Origin: Planctomycetota bacterium
GTDB taxonomy: Bacteria > Planctomycetota > UBA1135
Length of the DNA: 34,714 nucleotides
Assembly: GCA_045047305.1 (NCBI GenBank)
Contig: JASFYO010000043.1
Coordinates: 1 to 34,714, forward strand
Direction of reading: 5' to 3'
Part shown: in pieces, positions 16,994-26,365 of the stretch
How positions within the stretch are numbered: the first letter of the stretch is position 1
How the letters are laid out: each line of letters starts with the position of its first letter
The notes under the pieces: model-generated
The model's database searches: none
The model's input: the letters and a program-made list of their open reading frames with translations, nothing else
Told to the model about the DNA's origin: nothing
Translations under genes and position numbers: made by a program

Positions 16994-17856
16994 GCCTGAG
17001 CGGAAGCCCCAATGACTGGGTTTTACTATCCAAGGCGCGTATCCAAATGCTTGCCTCTCCGGCTGCACTCATGTGCTATTGGATTGGAGGTCAGGGTACT
17101 TGGAATTGGTGGGATGCGCTCAACATGGCGATTGGACTCACGCTGACGTCCTCCGCCTCCGCCATCATCAACCAAGTGATTGAGGTGGATATCGACAAAC
17201 GCATGCCGCGTACCTGTAATCGCCCGCTGCCCACTGGCCGGGTGAAAATGAAAGATGCCCGTTTGGTGGCGTGGCTAACTTCCATTGTGGGCATTGCCTG
17301 GCTGTGGATCTTCTTGAATCCCCTGACCGCGTGGCTGTCGTTGGTGATGATTGTGCTCTACGCCTTCATCTACACGCCACTCAAACGCGTGACCCCCATG
17401 AACACTTTGGTGGGCGCAGTCCCTGGAGCTCTTCCGCTCTTAGTTGGATATGCTGCTGCCGGCAACGGGCTCGACATCATGGCTGGGGTTTTATTCCTCA
17501 TCCTATTCCTATGGCAACTTCCGCACTTCTTCGCCATCGCATGGATGTACCGCGATGATTACGTGCAAGGCGGGTTACGCATGTTGCCAGGAGTCGATCC
17601 AACGGGTGCTGCATCAGGGCGGCAGTCGGTGCACTATGCCGTCGCACTCATTCCAATCAGCATGTTGCCGACGATTTTTGGTGCCGCCGGACGCATCTAC
17701 TTTTATGGTGCATTCTCAATGTCACTAGCATTCCTAGTGGCCGTCATCTTCTTTGGCATGAAACGCAAGGAGCGTCGTGCTAAGACCGTGTTCTGGGCTT
17801 CGATTGTGTACTTACCAGCGCTGTTCTTAATGATGGTGCTCGATAGTCGCTACTAA
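16990..17856 (+). CDS. ctaB: Protoheme IX farnesyltransferase (heme O synthase)
   Basis: NQVIEVDIDKRMPRT.NRPLP.G, YTPLKR, GAVPGALP, WQLPHF.AIAW.YR.DY; ATGA overlap with ctaA. Confidence 0.95.
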   Translation: MSLSGSPNDWVLLSKARIQMLASPAALMCYWIGGQGTWNWWDALNMAIGLTLTSSASAIINQVIEVDIDKRMPRTCNRPLPTGRVKMKDARLVAWLTSIVGIAWLWIFLNPLTAWLSLVMIVLYAFIYTPLKRVTPMNTLVGAVPGALPLLVGYAAAGNGLDIMAGVLFLILFLWQLPHFFAIAWMYRDDYVQGGLRMLPGVDPTGAASGRQSVHYAVALIPISMLPTIFGAAGRIYFYGAFSMSLAFLVAVIFFGMKRKERRAKTVFWASIVYLPALFLMMVLDSRY

Positions 17857-17879
17857 ATTTCTTCACCCATCCTTTCATC

Positions 17880-18857
17880 ATGGACCCCATCCTTCTCATT
17901 CAATCTGCTAAAAAGAGTTATGGAGAAATCCAAGCTCTCGACGGTGTTGGTTTTTCAGTAGCGGCAAAAGAAGTGGTCGCGCTGTTAGGGCCAAACGGTG
18001 CTGGCAAAAGCACATTGATCCGTTCCATCACTACTTTGGAACAACTCGATCAGGGTAGCATCAGCATTTGTGGTACCGATGTGCAAAGCGATCCGCGCGC
18101 GGCGCGTGGCTTCCTCGGTTATGCCGGACAGGAATCAGCGCTCGATAAGGTACTCACCGGCATGGAGTTTTTGCGTTTCCAGGGGGGCTTAGTCCACTTG
18201 CCAAAGGCAGAAGTGTTGGAACGCGGGCGTGCGCTCCTGCAACGATTCGGTTTGGCCGACGCCAGTGACCGTGCGATTGAGGGTTACTCCGGCGGCATGA
18301 AAAGGCGCTTGGATTTAGCCGCCGCGATGATGCACCGCCCAAAGCTTCTCATCTTGGATGAGCCATCCTCCGGTCTGGATTATGAAGCACGGAGGGAGTT
18401 GTGGCAGATGCTTCTGGAGTTACGCGGAGAGGGCACGGCATTGCTGCTTGCCACCCATGACTTCGAAGAGGCCGACGTACTCGCCGACCGCGCAGTACTG
18501 ATGAGCCATGGCAAAGTTGCCGGCGTGGATACTCCAAATGCACTGCGCAGTGGATTAGGCAGTTGGATATTAAGTGGTATGTTGCATGAACGTCGGGTCG
18601 ATGGAGACCGGGATCGTTTGCGTGAACTGTTTCAAGATGTGCCGGGTGTGGAAATGCCGCCGGCACCGCAATCCTCGGAGTTTGCAAAAGCGATTACGCC
18701 GGGCAATGAGGATAAGGATGGACGTCCGTGGAGCGAATGGCTGCGGCAACATGCAGTGGAACAAGGTGTAGAAATGGTGAGCGTTGGAATGCGCCGCCCA
18801 ACTTTGCAGGATGCCTATCTTGCAGCAACCCAAGACGTCGCGGAGGTCGTGGCATGA
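17880..18857 (+). CDS. ABC exporter ATP-binding subunit (DrrA-like)
   Basis: Walker A GPNGAGKS, signature YSGGMKRR, Walker B LILDEP, H-loop ATHD, C-terminal RPTLQDAYL. Confidence 0.93.
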   Translation: MDPILLIQSAKKSYGEIQALDGVGFSVAAKEVVALLGPNGAGKSTLIRSITTLEQLDQGSISICGTDVQSDPRAARGFLGYAGQESALDKVLTGMEFLRFQGGLVHLPKAEVLERGRALLQRFGLADASDRAIEGYSGGMKRRLDLAAAMMHRPKLLILDEPSSGLDYEARRELWQMLLELRGEGTALLLATHDFEEADVLADRAVLMSHGKVAGVDTPNALRSGLGSWILSGMLHERRVDGDRDRLRELFQDVPGVEMPPAPQSSEFAKAITPGNEDKDGRPWSEWLRQHAVEQGVEMVSVGMRRPTLQDAYLAATQDVAEVVA

Positions 18858-19663
18858 ATTCTCACTTCTGGCAAGAAACGCGGGTACAAACCTGGCGTTG
18901 GTTCATTCACAGTAAACGTCGGCCAGTTGTGGTCATCAGCGGATTGATGCAACCCATCATCTGGATGACACTGTTTGTGTTGGTGCTTGGGAAATCCATG
19001 ACGCAAACGCTGGGCGGCATGCCCTATCTGGATTTCGTCACCCCGGGTGCGCTTTTGTTCACCGCCTTCAACGCCTCGCTGAATGCGGGCGTGCCGATTC
19101 TGTTCGACCGTGAACTTGGCTTCCTCGACCGCATTCGCGCCGCACCGCTGCATGACCGCTTCAGTATTGTGCTTGCGAGTGCAATTCATATTTCGGTGAT
19201 GACCCTGCTGCAATGCTTGGTGATTGTGGCCGCCACCACCGCACTCGGGGTGGGCTTTGCCGGTGGTTTCCTTGGCGCCATGGTCGGGCTGATGGCCTTA
19301 CTGCTGGTGATTCTCGGCTTCACTTCCCTGAGCCTCGGCCTGGCCTTCCAGTTCAAGCGCCACTTCGAAATGCTGGCCGTCATCATGATTGTCACGCTAC
19401 CGATGATTTTCCTCTCGAGCGCATTTGCGCCCTTGGAAAAGCTGCCCGACTTCCTGCGCACTGTCGTGGTGTTCAACCCGGTCACGATGGCGATTGAACC
19501 GCTGCGCATGGTTTACACCAATTCCAACTGGAGCATGGGTCAAACCCTGGCAGAGACTCACATCGGCGACCTCACCGCCTGGCATTTCTTCGCCGGACTC
19601 ATCGCTTTCAATCTGCTCGCCGGGATGTGGAGCCGCAAGGTTCTAGCAAAGAAACTGGCGTAA
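18854..19663 (+). CDS. ABC-2 type exporter permease (DrrB/Ycf38-like)
   Basis: QP.IW..LF, FDRELGFLDR..AAPL, LP.IFLS.AFAP, NP.T.AIEPLR; ATGA overlap; GGAGGT SD at 18842-18847. Confidence 0.9.
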   Translation: MNSHFWQETRVQTWRWFIHSKRRPVVVISGLMQPIIWMTLFVLVLGKSMTQTLGGMPYLDFVTPGALLFTAFNASLNAGVPILFDRELGFLDRIRAAPLHDRFSIVLASAIHISVMTLLQCLVIVAATTALGVGFAGGFLGAMVGLMALLLVILGFTSLSLGLAFQFKRHFEMLAVIMIVTLPMIFLSSAFAPLEKLPDFLRTVVVFNPVTMAIEPLRMVYTNSNWSMGQTLAETHIGDLTAWHFFAGLIAFNLLAGMWSRKVLAKKLA

Positions 19664-19671
19664 CCGATTCT

Positions 19672-22170
19672 CTACTGCCGGAGTTGAATCCTCGGATTCT
19701 CCCCAGCGACAAATTCCACAGGCCCGACTTCAGAGATAAGTTGTTGCTCTGCCCCCGGGCCTAGTGGTCGGCTCAGGAATCGCACGAAGTAAAGTCCTGG
19801 CATGAGTGCCGGGACTTCAAGGGTTACCTGCGTTTCCATCTTCGAGAGGAAAACACCCTTGCGTATGACACCGCCTTCACGGCCGGGTAAATCAAAACCT
19901 TGGGCAACCAGTTCGATGCGGAAGAAGCGACCGTCATCCAGGGCCTCACTGTGAACATCGAAGCCAACCGACGCCATGGCAGGCACCTCTATCGAGAACT
20001 CGGTTACGTTCGCTGGAACCTCTACGAATCCTTGATTCCCACCTAAGAGCCACTCCATTTGGAACGCAGACCTTGGGGCATTGTTGATGATTTGGCCACC
20101 GGATTCCTTGCCATCGACATCCATCGAGACTCCGTTGTACCTGCAATGCATTCCAAGGATTTCGCGCCCGGTTTCATCTTCAACATAGATGGTGAGATTA
20201 CGCCCCGCCTGTAATGCAATCGGCAAGCAAGCACCCGAAAAAGGAACTGTGAATTCCGCGTCATAGTAAGTGACGTAGCCCTCCTTAGTCACTTCGATGG
20301 CTACCCGAGGGGCGCCAATCCCCGCGATGGAGAACTGGCCTTGCTCATTTGTTTCGCTGCCAATGCTTCGGCCTCTTGATGTGGATACCCAAACCATGGC
20401 ACCCGGAACCACCAATCCAGAATCATCGACAACGCTTCCACTTAGGGTCACTGGAGCAAAAGCTATCTCCAAGTTTATTTTCCGCGTCTCTTTCGCTCTC
20501 AATACAACCTCGACTGCACTCACGGGTGCCTTGCCTGAATCCACAAGAGAAACTTGAATCGGAACCCCAGGGCGTAGTCCCCAAAGCTCGAAGGATTTTT
20601 GGTTCTTCTTGAGGCTCCAAAAAGCTTTTTGAGTTAAACCAGATCGACCAGTAGAACCCGTCGGTTTGACCCCAAATGCTCTTTGAAATGCATACTCATA
20701 CGGCACATACAAACTTGCCTGTTCTATCACTCCTTGTTCTCCCGCCAAGCTCAAGGTGAGTAAAGACATGTCGATGCCCTCTGGTGCTGTCCAACTTACT
20801 TCTATGGAAGTCGCGCGTTGCAGAGTGACCTTGAGCTCTGCAGGCAGCGGCTTGGGTAGCTCCATTTCGAAGGAGGAATATCCTTTTGCCCCAAACGCGA
20901 TTTTCTCAACACTACCGTGAACTCGCATCAAGCTTCGCCCATCGGCACCGGTCGGCTCGCTGAGCTCTCCTGAGTAACCCAATGCACCACTCAGTGGATT
21001 TCCATTCTCGTCTACCACCAGAAAGGGGATCTTCACCCAATCGCTTAGGCGGATGTCGCCCAAATTCCAAGGATCACCAGATGGGTCTAGTTCTTGAACG
21101 AGCGTAGTACTCCCCCATTGTTCATTACCGACGCACTCAAGGTCTACATCAAAGGGAACGATACTTTGCGGTGAGTCGCACCAAGTGTCTCGCAATCTCT
21201 CCTCGGTGAGGACAATCGGCATGCGGAAGGATCCGCCTTCCAGCGTGATCGCTTCTACCAAGATGCCATTCATTTTCTCTGGATTGAACGTTGCTACCCC
21301 ACGGATCTGAATACCGGCCACTCCATCAAGCCCATCCGGCGTCAGGATCCGGCCAGTAAAAAACGGGAGCTGAGTCACTTCGATCTGCAAATCCTGGGAT
21401 AGCTTAGAAACCTCGATTTCGCTTCCATAGGTCATCTCTCCCGGGGCGGACACCGAACACAAAACATAGCCTCGGCAAATACGAAGCGCGCCAGACCAAT
21501 TAAAGTCCAGGCCATCCATTTGGAAATGACCATTAGGCTCCACTTGCATCACTGAGTATTTTTCTCTTCGGGCTCGACGTGATATTTCACCAAGGAGGTC
21601 CCAGTTCATACCTTGTGGATACTCGGGCTTTGCCTCGACTGTCATCGAAAACGGCTCACCCGACGGCATAGGTTGGTGGATAGTCACGCTGCCCGCCAAA
21701 GACTGTCCAGGTTTTACTTCTAAGATTAGAGATTCGCCGGTGAATTGCAGCGGGAAATACTGACTCCGATGATTGCGTGGAAAGACAGCAACGCCTCCAC
21801 TGCCAATCCAATGATCTAGGGAGACATTCCCATCGTCGTCCGTGATCAGTGTCGTTCCAATCTGTTCTCCGAACCATGGAACAATCCGCGCCTGCGCAAA
21901 GCCTCTTCCCGATTCATCGACCACTTGCAAAGAAACCTTGGACCCTGTGATGGGATTTTCTGGCGTGGGCCCTTGCTCTGATTCACGCACAAAGGTTTCT
22001 GCTTGGGGGCCAACTTTTGTATCCCCCTCTGCAAGCGCCGTTGCGGCTTCCACTTGACCCTTGTGAGTTTCGTGATTTTCATGCTCGCTATCATCCGCAG
22101 AAAGCACCCACGCAGCCACCAGGATGAGGAGCCCAAGGAAAAGAAAAAATATCGCGAGTGGTTTGCGCAT
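19672..22170 (-). CDS. Membrane-anchored multi-domain beta-sandwich protein (carboxypeptidase-regulatory-like repeats), paralog 1
   Basis: N-terminal TM MRKPLAIFFLF...; repeated G.VVD..G..V.GA.V...T...G.F units; colinear with the next gene. Start 22170 chosen by analogy with paralog 2 (MRKP). Confidence 0.75.
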   Translation of the reverse strand: MRKPLAIFFLFLGLLILVAAWVLSADDSEHENHETHKGQVEAATALAEGDTKVGPQAETFVRESEQGPTPENPITGSKVSLQVVDESGRGFAQARIVPWFGEQIGTTLITDDDGNVSLDHWIGSGGVAVFPRNHRSQYFPLQFTGESLILEVKPGQSLAGSVTIHQPMPSGEPFSMTVEAKPEYPQGMNWDLLGEISRRARREKYSVMQVEPNGHFQMDGLDFNWSGALRICRGYVLCSVSAPGEMTYGSEIEVSKLSQDLQIEVTQLPFFTGRILTPDGLDGVAGIQIRGVATFNPEKMNGILVEAITLEGGSFRMPIVLTEERLRDTWCDSPQSIVPFDVDLECVGNEQWGSTTLVQELDPSGDPWNLGDIRLSDWVKIPFLVVDENGNPLSGALGYSGELSEPTGADGRSLMRVHGSVEKIAFGAKGYSSFEMELPKPLPAELKVTLQRATSIEVSWTAPEGIDMSLLTLSLAGEQGVIEQASLYVPYEYAFQRAFGVKPTGSTGRSGLTQKAFWSLKKNQKSFELWGLRPGVPIQVSLVDSGKAPVSAVEVVLRAKETRKINLEIAFAPVTLSGSVVDDSGLVVPGAMVWVSTSRGRSIGSETNEQGQFSIAGIGAPRVAIEVTKEGYVTYYDAEFTVPFSGACLPIALQAGRNLTIYVEDETGREILGMHCRYNGVSMDVDGKESGGQIINNAPRSAFQMEWLLGGNQGFVEVPANVTEFSIEVPAMASVGFDVHSEALDDGRFFRIELVAQGFDLPGREGGVIRKGVFLSKMETQVTLEVPALMPGLYFVRFLSRPLGPGAEQQLISEVGPVEFVAGENPRIQLRQ

Positions 22171-22178
22171 ACAAACGC

Positions 22179-22187
22179 AGTTTACCA
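22179..22187 (-). promoter_or_regulatory. Extended -10 TGgTAAACT 8 nt before ATG 22170
   Basis: Minus strand TGG-TAAACT-gcgtttgt-ATG. Confidence 0.5.
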
Positions 22188-22194
22188 AGCTGAC

Positions 22195-24699
22195 CTAGTC
22201 GGCAAAGTGTATCCGTGGATTTTCACCCACCACCAATTCGATGGGTCCAGTTTCCGATTGAATCCGATACTCGCCGGTGCCTTCGGTGTTTGGGATCCAT
22301 TTGAGGAATTGCACCATGTAAGAACCTGGAAGCAAGGCCGCAAGAGCCCATGCGTCTGCGCTTACTCCTTCTCCCAGGTAAAAGTCTTTTTCGAATCGGT
22401 TCTCGTCGTAACCAACGGAAAATCCCTGCGGGATAAGTGCCACGCGGTAGTACTGATCCATTGCTACAGCACTACGTGAAACCTCCAGTACGGTGGACGC
22501 CATCTCGGGCACATCGATGGTGTATTCCAGAACATCGGCAGGGATGGTGACCTCGCCGAATGCTCCGCCCTTCATCCAGTAAAGACGAAAAGAATCTGTA
22601 GGAGCAGCTGACAAGAGAGTGCCCCTTTCCTTGGTGCTCTTCTGCGGTCCAAGACTACCGCCTGGCAATTCGTAATAACCATGAGGCTGAATCATGCCTG
22701 AAGGCGTCTGTAGATAAACCACAAGGTTTCTTGCCTTTTCTAAAACCACGCTGGCCTGGACTCCAGCAGGCGGTACTTCGAATTCCGAATCATAGAACTG
22801 CGTGTATCCCTCCTTCTTTACATTGAGGTTCACCGTCTCGCTCGCGATACCTTCATAGGAAAACTCTCCGTTTACATCCGTTGAGCGACCCATCCTGTAA
22901 TTGCTTTTGCTCGACATCATGAGCTTCGCATTTGCGATGGATACTCCATTTTCATCGACAACCCTGCCTACAAAAACCTTGGGAGCAAAGGGAAGCACGA
23001 AGGCAATGTCGCGATGCTCTCCTTGCTTCAGAGTGAGTTCTTCTTCATCTAGAACCGAGGCCATAAGGTCCGACAAAAAAAATGTGAGCGGCACGTTCGG
23101 ACGTAACCCCCACAGCTCCAGCTCACTTTGAGTGTTTTTCAGTGGCCAACTCGTCGATTGAAAAATGCCACGCCTTCCTCCCCCACCAACGGACTTGATT
23201 CCGAGCTCTTTTCGAAAGCGCCTATCAGGGCCAAAGTTCATGCCGTCTTCCTCGAAGATTCCCTCTTCCCCTTTGAGTTCAATCTTGAGGCCCAACAAGT
23301 TTGCACCCTCAGGCACATTCCAGTGAATAAAAACCGAAGCGGCCTCGACCAACTCAACCTCGAGAAGGCCATCTTGCATTTCCGCAATTACTAAGCTCGT
23401 CGAGGAATATCCCTTCGCCCCAAAGGCAATGGATTCGGCTTCCGGCCCAAACCTGACAACGCCCACTCCATTCTCATCGGTAGGTTCACTCATGCTTTCG
23501 GAATAAGCCAACGCTCCTTCGATGGGGATGCCATTCTCATCAACGATTCGGAAATCTAAAACATTCAAACCGACGAGATGGATATCGCCTAAGTCCCATG
23601 GATCCTCATGCCCCTTACGCTTCAGATGCATGGAAACCCCTCCCCACTGTTCGTTGCCGCGAATCTCAAGGTCTAAATCAAAAGGCAGCACACCTTCCAC
23701 GTTGGCGTAAAACTCCTTCCTGGTTTTTCGGTCCATGGCTGCAATGGGCATTTCAAAACTTCCATCTTCTTTCGTTTCTGCAAAGACCATGGCGCCGTTC
23801 ACGCGAACTTCCGTGGTGTAGGAGACGCCTATTAGCTGAATCCCAGCCACACCTTGCGCACCATCTGGAGTCACGACCCGCCCGTGGAAAAAGGGTAGTT
23901 CTGTGACTTCGATCTGAAGGTTCTCGGTCAGCCCAGATAATTTCAAATCACCGCTGGGATCAATCTCTCCGGGAGGCGAGCAAGCGCAAAGTAAATAGCC
24001 ACTGCCAATCGTTACGGTGCCACTCCAATCGTAAGGCAGGCCGGTCCACTCGAAGCTGCCGTCGGCCTCAACCTCCACATGCGAAAGCTTGGCAGAATAG
24101 GCCTTGGCTCCGAGCTCTCGCTGCACCGAGCGCGGCACCAAACTGGGATAGCCTTGGCCCGAATAGTTTCTCAAGTAAACCGGTCCGGGAAGTCGTCGTG
24201 GCTTCTGGAAATTGAGTTTGCCAGCAAGCCGGTGCCCTTCTTCGATAATGACGACGATGGCCTCATCCGAAAATTCAAACTCCAAATAAAGCGGCATGCG
24301 GTTTTTCGGATAAATCGCAAGGCCACCGAGGCCTCGGTAAGGAGCAAGAGTGACCTCTCCATTTTCATCCGTGCTCACGATTTCTTTCATCTCTTTTCCA
24401 ATCCATGGAATCACAGAGACATCGGCTGCTGGACCTCCTGTGGATTTTAGAAACAAAAGCGGAATACCCGCGGGAGCAAGCGAAAGTTTTTCTTCCATTA
24501 CCTCCGGAAGAGACTCTCGTTTCACCGCTTCTGTGCCACCGGTTGGCGTTGCTTGTTCAGTCCCTGCCAGTTCCGTTGTGGCTGAAACGGTTTCCTCGGT
24601 GAAAGGGTCTGCTGCCGAACCCTCTTGCAAAAACACCCAAAGTCCCGCACTAAAAACGGCCAGCAAAAGCAGAAGAAGAATCGCAGTGGGTTTACGCAT
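22195..24699 (-). CDS. Membrane-anchored multi-domain beta-sandwich protein, paralog 2
   Basis: MRKPTAILLLL TM; shares QIEVT.LPFF.GR..TPDG..GVAGIQ, GNEQWG, DPW.LGDI, IAFGAKGYSS, ELWGLRP and GENPRI with paralog 1. Confidence 0.78.
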   Translation of the reverse strand: MRKPTAILLLLLLAVFSAGLWVFLQEGSAADPFTEETVSATTELAGTEQATPTGGTEAVKRESLPEVMEEKLSLAPAGIPLLFLKSTGGPAADVSVIPWIGKEMKEIVSTDENGEVTLAPYRGLGGLAIYPKNRMPLYLEFEFSDEAIVVIIEEGHRLAGKLNFQKPRRLPGPVYLRNYSGQGYPSLVPRSVQRELGAKAYSAKLSHVEVEADGSFEWTGLPYDWSGTVTIGSGYLLCACSPPGEIDPSGDLKLSGLTENLQIEVTELPFFHGRVVTPDGAQGVAGIQLIGVSYTTEVRVNGAMVFAETKEDGSFEMPIAAMDRKTRKEFYANVEGVLPFDLDLEIRGNEQWGGVSMHLKRKGHEDPWDLGDIHLVGLNVLDFRIVDENGIPIEGALAYSESMSEPTDENGVGVVRFGPEAESIAFGAKGYSSTSLVIAEMQDGLLEVELVEAASVFIHWNVPEGANLLGLKIELKGEEGIFEEDGMNFGPDRRFRKELGIKSVGGGGRRGIFQSTSWPLKNTQSELELWGLRPNVPLTFFLSDLMASVLDEEELTLKQGEHRDIAFVLPFAPKVFVGRVVDENGVSIANAKLMMSSKSNYRMGRSTDVNGEFSYEGIASETVNLNVKKEGYTQFYDSEFEVPPAGVQASVVLEKARNLVVYLQTPSGMIQPHGYYELPGGSLGPQKSTKERGTLLSAAPTDSFRLYWMKGGAFGEVTIPADVLEYTIDVPEMASTVLEVSRSAVAMDQYYRVALIPQGFSVGYDENRFEKDFYLGEGVSADAWALAALLPGSYMVQFLKWIPNTEGTGEYRIQSETGPIELVVGENPRIHFAD

Positions 24700-24707
24700 A
24701 CTAAATC

Positions 24708-24713
24708 AGTTTA
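24708..24713 (-). promoter_or_regulatory. -10 box TAAACT 8 nt before ATG 24699
   Basis: Minus strand TAAACT-gatttagt-ATG; same box and spacing as paralog 1. Confidence 0.5.
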
Positions 24714-24720
24714 GCCGACT

Positions 24721-26349
24721 TCACCATTTCAACTCAACGACAATCTGCTCTCCCGACTTCACTTCAATCTCACCGTAATCCAAAACGGTTTCCATCTCTT
24801 GGGTGACTAAGTTCGTGCGTACGACGCTTAGCTGGTGCATACCGACCTGTATTTTCTTTACCCATAAATCAGCCTCATCTTGGCCATCAGGGAAAGTAAG
24901 CCAAGGAGAAAGGACTCCTGGATTGGATCTATGGCTCTCGATGAGCACTTGGAACAGGTAAGTCCGGGTCCCTGTAGGTTTGGAAGCATGAATTTGCAGG
25001 GATCCCATGGCGGGAGTGGTAATCACGTGCTCCTTCACTCCTGCCGGAATCGTCTCCCGGCCTAAAAACCCTCCGGCCTTCCAGCTCACTTCAAACGCAC
25101 CAGAAGGAGCTGCCAAAATGCGGTGATGCGGAATAGGATTCCCAACGCGCTTGCTCGCAAATTGCTTACGCTCAGACCACATGGCCGCGCGCAGTGCAAC
25201 GCCTTCCGGATCCTGAAAATAGACCAGCACATTACGGCTCTTTTCAACTACAACCTCCACTGGCTTTCCATCAAATGGTATCGGGAAGTCTGTAAACACT
25301 CTCGATGCGTAATCGCCATTGGGATTCACCAGGAAATCCAAGCTCCTCTCCATTAAGCCTTCGATGACAACCATCCCTGACTCATCTGTTTGAAGCTGAT
25401 AGTCATAGAACCCACGAATTCTTGAAGTGTTGAAATCGTACTCCACCCTAGCCTTCTCCATTGGGTTCCCATCTTCATCCACCACATGAAGTGAAAGCGT
25501 GTGAAGCTTTGCCCGCAACTCCAAGAAGATTTCACGCTCTTCTCCCACCGAATACTCAACCACCCCCGAGGAAGCAACAGGACGCCCAGCTTGACTCGCC
25601 AAAGAAATCTCCATGCTCACACCTGGCATTAGGCCCCAGATATCCAGTTCCTCGTCTTGAGAATAGAGAGTGGCATATTCGACTACCTGTTGCGACCACC
25701 CGGAACCCATATTGCTTACTTCTAGGCCTAAAGCACTGCGAAGCTTGGTTGCGATATCTCCTCTCCCCATTGCATCGGGCTCGAATGCTTCGCCGTCGGA
25801 ATCAATTTTAAGGCGCAACAAACTTACATCCGTCCCCGGAGGCACCTGCCACCTCACGTGAACCCGTACCGCTTCGAGCAAAGTGATTTTTAGCTCCTCA
25901 CGCAAATCATCGGGGCGTGGGACCGCCAACACCTCATAGCCCTTCGCCGTAACCCAAAACCATGACGCCTCTTTGGGCAGATAAATCTCCGCTTGTCCGT
26001 TTTCATCGGTGGGGATTTCTACGTACTCGACAAAGGACACGGCATCGGCAACAGGCACACCGCGGTCATCCACAACAAGCATGCGCAGCCAGTCCGCTTC
26101 TTCCTCCTCTGCAACTCCACTTTCTGATAGATCTGCGCCCTCCAGCTCAGTCCGACTTTCTATCTGAGTGGAAGCAGGGGCAGTAGAAGACAGAGAATGG
26201 GAACCCTCTATCGAAGCTGAATTTTCCACCTCCTTTGCAACGGTCTGCACTAGCAAATCTTCTGCCTCCCTCTCAGACTGCAATACCCAAACCACCCCAG
26301 CGCCAACAAGGACGCAAAGAAGCAATAATCCCGCTCGAGAGGAAGTCAT
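24721..26349 (-). CDS. Membrane-anchored beta-sandwich protein, shorter paralog 3
   Basis: N-terminal TM; VVDDRGVPV, PTDENG, AKGYE, W.VP.G, IWGLMPGV, VVDEDG and PAMGS correspond to the C-terminal ~450 aa of paralogs 1 and 2. Confidence 0.75.
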   Translation of the reverse strand: MTSSRAGLLLLCVLVGAGVVWVLQSEREAEDLLVQTVAKEVENSASIEGSHSLSSTAPASTQIESRTELEGADLSESGVAEEEEADWLRMLVVDDRGVPVADAVSFVEYVEIPTDENGQAEIYLPKEASWFWVTAKGYEVLAVPRPDDLREELKITLLEAVRVHVRWQVPPGTDVSLLRLKIDSDGEAFEPDAMGRGDIATKLRSALGLEVSNMGSGWSQQVVEYATLYSQDEELDIWGLMPGVSMEISLASQAGRPVASSGVVEYSVGEEREIFLELRAKLHTLSLHVVDEDGNPMEKARVEYDFNTSRIRGFYDYQLQTDESGMVVIEGLMERSLDFLVNPNGDYASRVFTDFPIPFDGKPVEVVVEKSRNVLVYFQDPEGVALRAAMWSERKQFASKRVGNPIPHHRILAAPSGAFEVSWKAGGFLGRETIPAGVKEHVITTPAMGSLQIHASKPTGTRTYLFQVLIESHRSNPGVLSPWLTFPDGQDEADLWVKKIQVGMHQLSVVRTNLVTQEMETVLDYGEIEVKSGEQIVVELKW

Positions 26350-26353
26350 CGGT

Positions 26354-26360
26354 TAACCTA
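26354..26360. promoter_or_regulatory. Bidirectional -10 element TAACCTA in a 16-bp gap between divergent start codons
   Basis: Plus strand TAACCT-aatact-ATG(26366); minus strand TAGGTT-aaccg-ATG(26349). Confidence 0.65.
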
Positions 26361-26365
26361 ATACT

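Noticed and set aside
13811..18853. Long N-terminal extensions in the ORF track (13811, 14656, 15947, 16945, 18728; also 175, 9039, 33764, 34639)
   Set aside because: They run deep into neighbouring genes or intergenic DNA; downstream starts give clean stop/start overlaps and family-typical N-termini.
19672..26349. Paralog array as a prophage or mobile island
   Set aside because: No integrase, transposase, tRNA or flanking direct repeats were seen; I could not compute the composition shift reliably.
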